Shown here: positions 42,901 through 50,600 of the stretch, one piece after another
Layout: each line of letters begins with the position of its first letter
How positions within the stretch are numbered: position 1 is the stretch's first letter
Virus record (IMG/VR): IMGVR_UViG_3300021364_000005
Strand: one strand, 5' to 3'
Length of the DNA stretch: 64,000 nt
Origin: a virus
Taxonomy: Duplodnaviria > Caudoviricetes
Notes under the pieces: model-generated
The model's database searches: none
The model's input: the letters and a program-made list of their open reading frames with translations, nothing else
What the model was told of the DNA's origin: nothing
Position numbers and translations under genes: made by a program

Positions 42901-44690
42901 GTTGCTTCAATTTCGTTTGTTGTACCTGCAAAAGTTAGTGTGTCTGTTAATAGGTTAACAGTATCAGTATTTGGAGTGCCTTGATCATCTGAAATATTAA
43001 GAACTGTTGCAACATTTGTTTCGCTGGCAGCAGTAATTCTACCATAATCGTCAACTGTAAAAGATGGTATTGCAGTAGCACTTCCGTATGAACCAGCTGT
43101 TACAGCAGTTGTGCTTAAATCAACTGTAGCTGCTGCTGTTTCTGTTCCACTGTTTGCTACAACAATATTTCCATTACCTGCGTCTGCTAATGTAGCAATA
43201 TAGTTTCCAGTTGTATCTGTACCAAGTGCTACACTATTTGCTTGAATAGTAGCAGTTATAGTTACATCACTTGTACCATTAAATGTTGTTGTACCACCTA
43301 AATCTCCAGCTAGTGTTATCGATCTAGCAGTTTGTAATGCAGTTGCAGTATCTGCGTTTCCGGTTAATGCACCTGTAAATGTAGTTGCTGTAACATCAGT
43401 TGCTGTAATAGCTCTGATAAAACCTTCTGACCATCTAAAAGTAGCACTACCTAAGTCTCTAGCATTATCTGTAGTTGGTAGTAAATTTGAATTAATTTTA
43501 GAATTTACTGTAAGAACATCAGTATCTGCATCGCCTATTGTTACTGCGCCAGTAATAGATAACGCAGGTGCTGTTATTGTTCCTTGAGCTAAAGTTAACC
43601 CTGTAGATTCAAATCTTGCAACCTCTGTATTACTAATTTCAAATACAGTAGCATTGCCTGCATCTAATACAATATTAGTAACACTTTCAATAGTAGGTGT
43701 GCCTGTGCCGTCACTTATAAAACTTTCTGCTGTAACAGTTCCATTAACTTCAAATGTTGTTCCGTCAAATGTTACATCTGTGCTTGTGGTTAGTTCTCCG
43801 TCTGTTGATGCTATCACAATACCTTCAGCAGTTAGATTACTTACTTTTAATCCTGTAACAGTTGCATCACTAAGGATATCAATTATTCCTGCACCTGATG
43901 CTAGTAATTCTACATTTGCGTCACTATTAATAGTTTCTATTCTATTACCGTTTATAGCAATTTGATCAAGTATTAAATTACCGTTAGGATCGATTACAAC
44001 AGTATCATTAATAGTTGTAGAACCGCCACCACCGCCAATATTTGTATTACCGCCATCGCCTGCACCAACGTTAAGATCATCGCCTTCACCTGTTGAAATA
44101 TCTGTGCCACCGTCGCCACCACCTATTGTAATTCCGCCAAATGATGAACCGTCAGATGAGGCAGGTCCAAATGCTCCTGTATATACAGCACCTACAACAT
44201 AAATTGATTTACCTGTTGTAACATTGCTAGGTAGGTTATCACCGATAAAGTGTACAGTACCTGCTTGATAGTCGAAGAACCATTCATCACTGTCTCCTGC
44301 ACCAACAGCAAATAACTGTGTACCTGTGCTTGTTGGATCTGCTGCGTTTGCATTATCAACATAAACTTTTACATTATATGTTGCACCAAATTCTGTTGGG
44401 ATCCAATCAGTATATCCTGTTAGCCAAGTTCTTCTTGGTTGTGCTGTTCCGTCCTCTGTACACTCAACTGCGTTTGCACCTAAGTATACTGTTACCGGAT
44501 TAGCACTTGTTGTTGGTATAACATCTGGGATGTCAGCTGCATCGCCCCAAATTTTATCACTTCTTAAAAGTAATGGGCTTGGTATCGCTTCGTTTGTAGC
44601 ATCTTTGTTTGATTGTACATCCGATTTACTAACACCATAACCTATCTTCTTCCAGAGGTAATCGATTTTTTGTATATCGCTAATTGCCAT
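33996..44690 (-). CDS. 3564-aa giant tail fibre-like protein with LamG/ConA-like domain; N-terminal ~200 aa paralogous to 44694..53348
   Basis: MAISDIQKIDYLWKKIGYG start. T/G/N/D-rich beta repeats (GNVT; TAGRVVLAGT.G.IEDSGNLTFDGT). KFGTGSLLLDGTDDYL...FTIDFWIY...GNIDDFRVT LamG-like domain at about 36280-36860. C-terminus WTDVIDEGTF. Confidence 0.85.
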   Translation of the reverse strand: MAISDIQKIDYLWKKIGYGVSKSDVQSNKDATNEAIPSPLLLRSDKIWGDAADIPDVIPTTSANPVTVYLGANAVECTEDGTAQPRRTWLTGYTDWIPTEFGATYNVKVYVDNANAADPTSTGTQLFAVGAGDSDEWFFDYQAGTVHFIGDNLPSNVTTGKSIYVVGAVYTGAFGPASSDGSSFGGITIGGGDGGTDISTGEGDDLNVGAGDGGNTNIGGGGGSTTINDTVVIDPNGNLILDQIAINGNRIETINSDANVELLASGAGIIDILSDATVTGLKVSNLTAEGIVIASTDGELTTSTDVTFDGTTFEVNGTVTAESFISDGTGTPTIESVTNIVLDAGNATVFEISNTEVARFESTGLTLAQGTITAPALSITGAVTIGDADTDVLTVNSKINSNLLPTTDNARDLGSATFRWSEGFIRAITATDVTATTFTGALTGNADTATALQTARSITLAGDLGGTTTFNGTSDVTITATIQANSVALGTDTTGNYIATLADAGNGNIVVANSGTETAAATVDLSTTAVTAGSYGSATAIPSFTVDDYGRITAASETNVATVLNISDDQGTPNTDTVNLLTDTLTFAGTTNEIEATVSNNQVKIGLPNSVNVNTNLTVGNDLTVTGNLTVSGSTTTVDTTVVTLEDPVIRLGVSSLTSNDGKDRGSEFLYHTGIAAKTGFFGWDNATNRFTFIPDATNTSENFTGTRGDAEFGMVYANLTGNVTGNVSGTAANWATARSVTFAGGDVTGTFSIDGSADVGNIALTIQPDSVALGTDTTGNYAQDVSVSGNGLTITGTAGEGTQYTITSDATASNTGSTTVFRDASGNFAAGTITADLTGTASLATEITATANNATNETVYLTFVDGVSGAQGIETDTGLTYNPLGNELTTTLFIGNLQGDVKSSGGQTILDNGTDGTDAFIKADVKAPTGTTVLDAGTDGTDASFTGSVTGNVTGNVTGNVTGNVTGDLTGNVTGSVVGDLKGSVFGDDSTLLVDAINNIVTATISGDITGDIYADDGTKILENGTDGTDAVFTGLASEASKWATARSINLTGDVQGTASFDGSANFNLATTIQPNSVALGTDTTGNYLVDLTAGTGVTITHTPSEGSTATIEIGQAVGTTDDVEFNNVTVGGTLSTDDLTATTVTASGNVIITGDLTVNGTTTTVNTETIKLADNIIELNSNLGSGTAPTQDAGLLINRGSLVDVVIQWNETDDKFEFVDTAGTPVYQTVKAATFEGNLTGNTTGNVTGNVTGNLIGDVLAADGTSIVVQNGTDGTDATFTGALTGDVTGNVTGNVTGNITSTGTSTFTTVDINGGAIDGTIIGGTTPAAGSFTTLAASNGITGALTGNVTGNVTGNVVGNVVGNLTGDVFASNGTTKVLDGGDGTTTPATFTGNVTGDLTGNADTATALETARTFSLTGDITATGVTFDGTGNVELTTVFNPGALELGTDTTGDYVESLVAGTGVTITNNTGEAATPTIAIGQSVGTTDDVTFNNVNVSGTLNTDDITATTVTASGNVVITGNLTVNGATTTINSTTLDVDDVNITVAKGTTDSSTANGAGLTIDLGTNGDASMTWSHANQRIEFNKSLSIGTNYLTGNIIGDIYAADGTNKVLESGTDGTDATFTGNVTGDVTGNLTGNADTATALATARTFSMVGDVTATGITFDGTGDVQFNTVFNPGSLTLGTDTTGDYVESISATSGHITVTGGTGEGSTPVLSLPATGVTAASYGSNTAVPVITVDAQGRVTAVTTQAIATSFDITDGSTTDTVAGGETLTFTGGTGLASTVSNNEVTFALDALGADPSGTYGSATAIPVLTIDVYGRVTAASTAALVETLDITDGTNSTTIDLLTETLTVNGTANEIGVTVSDNAFTVALTDDVTIGNNLTVTQDATIGRNLVVTGNITAGGTLTYATLSGVDINASGTISSAIIETDQIRIDDNIIETYNTNTDLELRAAGTGSVSVVGSPFETSGQATIGGVLNVTGDSNLTNTDITGTLTVSGVTTLNGNVVIGNDAASDTVNFSNATLLGNLVPNADSAIDLGSTTKYFANAYIDDVTISNGLTVAGNLTVQGTTTTVESTVTTTEDPVLRVGVSGLSSSDGKDRGIEFLWWDTAAKTGFFGLDEGTGRFSFIPNATNTSEVFTGDLGDAQFGTVYATLSGNVTGTVSDISNHTTDDLSEGSTNLYYTDTRVRSAISLTDAGGDGSMTYDSATGAFTYTGPSSTEVRAHFSASGDLTYTQATGEFSVTTYKTADFNTDFGNKTSDDLSEGSTNIYFTNTRARSAISLTDAGGDGSMTYDSATGAFTYTGPSAAEVRAHISAGGDLAYDANTGIVSFTERTDAEVRGLISADTTTGITYNNTTGEIGFDNTVTNFVTLNDLSAGTGVSISNGEISIGQAVGTTDNVTFNDVTVNGSLNSDDITATNISAAGNLTVTGNLTVSGTTTTVNSTELVVDDINITIANGSADATAANGAGITADLGTDGTATFTYDSTNDRWAMNKSLATNLVGNVTGNVTGTVSDISNHDTDALSEGSTNLYFTDARARSALSAAGDLSYNSTSGEFSVTTYKTADFTTDLAAASVDGIGDVTIADIKPGQYLRYGGSFGDVEYANTLLLIPANGSEASTSFLDESTVAGTITANGDAQITQATKKFGTGSLLLDGTDDYLSVTRTAIGTSDFTIDFWIYHDSSVQGYIYSANDATEFQISGSLAVTDSTGNIMTATSLTPNTWYYVSFTRDNGTLYRHINGTLSTSATYATDLTATDWNIGGNDGTNGSAGYVNGNIDDFRVTTAARYGATNYVTPDRAAYTFAGTLGTAFENVTPEINDLVDVDTTNIIDGQVLIYEAKSDSFKPGNDINIGGVTGDFSIAGALTVGGTILGSNTIELDDITISGNQIRTTASNANLELTVAGTGTIELIDSTNITGDATVSGTFDVNGQATLASLNVEDLTSNQIVVPGTNGELEGSANLTYDGTTFVVGSNAFTVTSANGNTAVGGTLGVTGEATLASATVSDLTAGRVTFAGTNGSLTDSANFTFDGTTLTVPQVSAGSSATFPGIDITNLTAGRVVLAGTGGTIEDSAQLTFASSLLTVDAAATITGNTQINGNVDLGATTAQTITFGGRVDSNIVPSATNTYDLGTSDLRWNDLYLNGSSIYLGYATVSTHDNGIMVHMPGTSTMMDMYNDTTYSNRVDVGDILIDTNVIQTTVSATDLELRTNGAGTIELQDSTNITGDAAISGTFGVTGASTLAATTMSSAKISDLTAGRVVLAGTAGEIEDSGNLTFDGTTLAVTGDVTVSTTIDVDGLATLAQAKVEDLTQSRITFAGVDGRLVDDSNLTFASNTLTLVGTLDVTGEANIDDININGGTIGSTTGAITIDPDTAGSGGTVTIAGNLTVQGTTTTVDSTTVTIDDPVFTLGGNTAPTVNDAKDKGIEFRWHNGTAAKLGFFGFDESTGRFTFKPDSTNTSEVFSGTAGDAEFNNIYAQDLTVNSIVTTGDLAVEHGGTGVSSFTAKGILYGNGTSAVQVTAAAGTSDATTSNEILTTDSNGTPVWTDVIDEGTF

Positions 44691-44693
44691 GTC

Positions 44694-47600
44694 TTATGCG
44701 CCTTCTAATATTGACAAACTCGTTATGCTGTTTCCAGCATTTAATGCTATTCTTACTAATACAACGTTACCTGTTGCACTAGTTGTACTTACGGTCCCTA
44801 AAGTCATTTGGTAATTACCACTTAGACTTGTGTTAGATAATATTCTATTTGCAGGACCATCGGCGACTCCATCACTTCCGTTACCACCTGTTGATGATCC
44901 AGGTGCACCTGATCCACCAAATGCTGTGTCGGCTCTAAGCCAACCATTTAATCCACTTGTTGTATCAGTTGTACTACCTGGAACTGCTATCCATAATCCG
45001 CCTATTCCACTAGACGTAATATTGATTCTAAATTTACTAACTGCACTTCTTCTAAATGCAAATGTAAAATACTGTGTACCTGAATCGCCCGTTCTGTTAG
45101 GGCCTGCAGGTAAAAATGTGCTATAATTTGTTGTATCGTGTTTTAATACACCTAACCTTACAGTTGCTTCTTGTGTTCCTTCAACTCCTGGATCACTTGC
45201 TTCTGTGAAAACATTACTTGTATAAAAATTAGTTGCTCCGTTAAATGCTGGAGTACTAGTTGTCTCTGAAAGGAATGCTGCGCTTCGCTTACCATCATCT
45301 GTGTAAGTTGCGCCTAAGCTATCTGATACCGGAATTGCAGTTTCATTAATACCAGTTTGTGCTGCTGTATGAACTTGGATTTTTTCGTTTGAATCTACAT
45401 AATCACTAAATCCGTTTACATTCGCACTTCTCACTTGTAAATTTGCTATAGAAATTTGGTCAGTTGCACCAGCAACGTTAACTGTAATATTATTCATTGT
45501 GTAAGGTGTTCCTCCTGTTCCTACATTTGCTATAACATTGCTTCCGTTTAACATAGGATTGCTAGGATTACTCATTTGTGCGAGAGTATAATTTTGTATA
45601 ACAGCTACAACATCAGATGTGCCTTCATAATCTGTGCCAGAGCTAACAGTCACAGGATGACCCCAACCGGTAGAATAATCGTTATATACTTGTCCACAAA
45701 AATCTTCTACTTGCCAGTTTTGTAAAATAACTGTGTTACCGCCTGCATAATATGGAACACCACTAATATACTTTTTAGTTCCTGCTGTACCTTCTACTAC
45801 AGTACCAGCTAATACAGTTGCATCTCCTATAGGATCATGTACAAATTCTTCTACATTTGTGCTTCCTGTTACACTATGCTCTAGCTGGAATGTGTGTATG
45901 CCTGCTGCAAAAGTACTTGCATCATGATTGACTCTTGCTTTGAACCCTTTATATAGATTTGGTGTATAAATTGTGCTACTAAATGAAAGATCACTACCGT
46001 CTGTGTTTAGTAGGTTATAATCTGATTCTTCTACAATTTCAAGTGAGGTAGCAGAGCCTGTATTATCTGAACTAGATAGTGTTATTGTTCCTGCGTTTGT
46101 GCCATCAACAAGTGCTGACAAATCTCCGCTATCTGCATCATAAGCAAATGTAGGTTGTGCTTTTGTAAACACTGCTACAGTAGAATTTGTTCTTTTTACT
46201 GTAGATCCTGCTGTTAGTGTACTGCTTCCTGTATTGTCTGTAAATCCATATGCTAGTCTTGGATTACTGTTTATAGACTCTTGCACAATAAGAGTTTTTG
46301 TTCCTAAACCGTCCGGTGCAGTAATATTAGGATCATAAACTTTTAAATCTTCTGTAACAGTTAGAGGAAATATACTCGGAGTTGCTGTTGTATGTGTTAG
46401 TAATGACAGTGTTAATGTATCAGTACCGTTACCAGTTGCTGTACCTGTTCCCCATGTGTGTTGTAATCTTGCGCCTAATACTCCGCCTGCATCTGCATCA
46501 CTTCCAATAGCGTCAGCTGTTGTGCCATCACCCCAATCCATAGAGTATGTTACATCAGCCATTGTGGTGTTTGTAGTTATGTTTTCCATATACAAACTAT
46601 CGCCTTCGTTAACATACAAATCATTTCCTGTTAATGCAGTTCCACCTGATGATGCTCTGTATAATCTAAATGCCATTACAGGATCAGCTGTATAAATGAT
46701 TACATAATCTTCTCTAGTTTGTGTTGCTTCACTTCCGTATCCAGCACCGTCGCTGTGATAAGCTCTTACAACTACAGTGTAAGGACTATTTGTATTTGAT
46801 GTGTAAGTGTGGCTTGGTGTTAAACTAGTAACTGTTTCAGTTGTACCATCACCCCAGTCAATATCATAATTATTTGGATTGCCTTCTTTTACTATGGTTA
46901 GTGTAACTGATGTCCCTTCGCCTCCTGCTAAAGGTGTTCCTGTAAATGTTACGCTTCTGACAAATGTATTGTTAGCAACATTTAACATAGTTTCATTTAG
47001 TTGATCCATTGCTTCTGCTATATTTCCTGTTCCACTTAATAATTTATATGCACCGTCGGTGTAACTACTATCAGTTGGATCGCCTAGTGTAATTTGATCG
47101 CCTGACAAACCTCCTTGTACAGCACCGATGTTTGCATCAACATATGCTTTTACACTTTGCTGTGTTGGTATAGCAGTATCACTGTCACTTACAAGATCGT
47201 CTTCGTCAAGTATTTCTTCTACTTCAGTAGTTGAACCTACAGTAAATTTACCAACTACATCAACTGCTCCTGTACCTGCTGCTGCAAGTTCCAGTGTGTC
47301 GTTAGTGTTTAAAGCAGTTATTCTGTTATCACTAATTTTTAATGAATGAGTTAGAATATCATCATTTACAATTAAATTAGATCCAACTGTGGTATTTCCT
47401 GTAGATTCTATAGTATTTGCTGTAAATGCAAGTGCATTTAAATCACCTGTTGTAACTGTGCCACTTACATCTAATGTGCCTGTAATGTTTGTATCTGCAA
47501 GTAAATCAACACTTCCTGTGCCGCCGGTTGCTAGTTCTAAATTACTATTAGACTCTGTAGTTGTAATTAAGTTACCATCAACTCTAATATTGTCTAATAG

Positions 47601-50600
47601 TAGTGTACCTGCATTTACTTGTGCAGCATACAGATCCATCATAGTAGAAGTTCCTGGCATATGTACCATCATACCGCCACTATGTTGACTCATTGTTACA
47701 TCACCTAAGTATATTGAATTTCCGCTTAGGTATAAATCACGCCATCTTTTAGTATCACTACCTAAATCATATGTATGAGTATCATTTGGTATTAGATGTG
47801 AATCAAATTCACCTGCAATAGTAATACCGTCAGTATCTGCATCGCCAATTGTAATGTTACCGCCGATTGTAACATTACCTGTAGCATTAATATCTACAGC
47901 GTCAATATTACCAAATTTAACGTTACCTGCTGTTCCTGAAAAAACTTCTGAACTATTTGTAGCATCTGGAATGAATGTAAATTTTTCATCTGTTCGGTCA
48001 AATCCAAAAAAGCCTACCTTTGCATCTGTCCCTGTGTGCCAACGGAATTCTATACCCTTGTCTTTAGTATCATCTGTTGTTGGTGCAGTATCACCGCCTA
48101 ATGTTAATATAGGATCATCTAATGTTGTAACTGTACTATTAATTGTAGTTGTAGTACCCATAACTTGCAAGTCGCCTTGTATAGTCACTGTACCTGCACT
48201 ACCTGCTGGTGTTGGATCAATAGTAAGTGTTCCGGTTGTTGTAGCAATAGTATTACCGTCAATAGTTATATTGTCTAATGCTAACGCAGTTGTAGTTAAT
48301 GTTGTACCGTCAAAAGTTAAATTTGCACTATCTTCTACAGATCCATTAGTTCCTGCTAAAACAACACGACCAGCTGTTAAATTTCCTAGCTCGACAGTTG
48401 CAAATGTACTTGCTCCTGTTACATCTAATGTTCCTGCAATAGCAGTATTTCCTGTTGCAGATGCTACTGTAAAGTTGCCTTGTCCTATGTCAAATGTTGT
48501 ACCATCAAAAGTTAAATCTGCACTATCTTCTATTGCACCTGATGTACCTGCTAATACAATTCTGTTATCTGTTAGATCACTTACAATAGCACTTGCTAAA
48601 GTAGTTTCACCTGTAACACCTAGTGTGCTGCTTAAAGTTGTAGCACCTGTAACACCTAGTGTGCCTCCTACAGTTGCATTGTCAGTGACATCTAAAGCAC
48701 CTGCAACATTTAATGTTCCACCTGTTCCTGTTGGATTCGGATCAATAGTAATATCAGTACTTGCGCCGATTGTGCTTCCATCAATGTCAATGTTATCAAC
48801 TGATATACTTCCAGTTACAGTTAAAATTCCTGTAATGTTTGTATCAGCTAATGTTGATGTTCCTGTAACACCTAGTGTGCTACTTAATGTAGTTGCTCCA
48901 GTAACTCCTAGTGTACCGCCTACAGTTGCATTACTTGATAATGTTGTATCGCCTGTAACACCCAAAGTATCACTTAATGTAGTTGCACCTGTAACTCCTA
49001 ATGTGCTGCTTAATGTAGTAGCACCAGTTACACCTAATGTATCATTAAGTGTTGTTGCACCTGTAACTCCTAATGTATCATTAAGTGTTGTTGCACCAGT
49101 TACACCTAATGTATCACTTAATGTAGTAGCACCAGTTACACCTAATGTATCACTTAATGTAGTTGCGCCAGTTACACCCAGTGTGCTACTTAGTGTAGTT
49201 GCACCAGTAACACCTAGAGTATCACTTAATGTTGTTGCGCCTGTAACTCCTAATGTAGAAGAAACTGTAGCTGCGCCTGTTATGTTTGTATCTGTAAGGA
49301 GTTCTAATGTACCTGTTCCAGCTGTGGCAAATTCCAAATCACTGTTACTAGAATTAGTTTGTATTCTATTTCCGTCAATAGTAATATCTTCACCAATTAA
49401 TCTATCAGCAAAAATTGTTCCACCAGTAATATCCATTTCGTTACCACTAGCATCAACAACTTTAAATCCGCCATTTTCTTCTTTTAACTGAATGCCACCT
49501 AGATGAATTGTTTGCCCTGCAACATAAAGGTTACGCCATTTCTTTGTAGCACTACCTAAGTCATAAGTTTCGTCCTCATTAGGAATTAAGTGTGATTCGA
49601 AATCAGCAGCAACAGTAATTGCATCTGTATCTGCATCACCAATTTGAATATTACCACCAATTGTAACATCACCACTAACATCAATATTACCAGTTATACC
49701 TAATGTTGTTCCGTCAAATGTTAAGTTACCGCTATCTTCTATTTCTCCACCTGTACCTGCAAGTACAACTCTACCAGCAGTTAAATCTTCAATTTTTGCT
49801 GTAGCTATAGTTGCATCAGTATTGACATCAAGTGTTCCAGAAAGTGTTACGTTTCCTGTAACATCCAGTAACGTACCATCAAATGTTAAGTTACCACTAT
49901 CTTCGATTGCTCCAGCTGTGCCTGCAAGTACAACACGGCCTGTTGTTAGATCTGATACTGTTGCACTACTTAAAGTTGTCTCTTGTGCATCTAAATTTGC
50001 AAGTGTTGTATCGCCTGTAACATCTAGTGTTGCACCAATTGTAGTATTACCGTTAGTAGCAACATTATAAAGATCGTTTACGTTTATGCCGCCATCTAAA
50101 GAAGCAAGTCCTGAAGCAGTAACAGTTGTAATTGTAGTATCACCTGTTACGTCTAGTGTGCCACTTACGGTTGCATCACCTGTAATATTTGTATCACTTT
50201 GCAGTTCTATAGTTCCTGCACCAGCTGTGTCTATTTCTAAATTGCTATCAGAATTAATTGTTTCAATTCTATTGCCGTTGATGCTAATATCTTCAATAGT
50301 TAATTCACCGGCTTCAATATTTTGAACAAATAGATTTTTCCATTGCTTTGTATTTGAACCTAAATTATATGTTTCGTCAGCATCTGGTACTAAATCACTT
50401 TCAAAGTCTGCTGCTACTGTGATAGAATCAGTATCTGCATCACCAATAGTAATATTACCACCTAGTACTAAATTTCCTGTAATGTCTACATTACCTGAAA
50501 TATTAGTATCTCCATTTACTGTTAAATCTTGTCCAACAGTTAGTGTTCCACTTACTGAAGTATCTGCACTTAGATTTATTACTGCTGTTCCTGCAGGAGT

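Noticed and set aside
47854-49491. 545-aa plus-strand ORF and the many other plus-strand ORFs of 60-310 aa (e.g. 62622..63542, 38248..38877, 19625..20245)
   Set aside because: Antisense shadows of repetitive or low-complexity minus-strand genes (Val/Pro/Ser-rich mirror composition), with no supporting SD or promoter.
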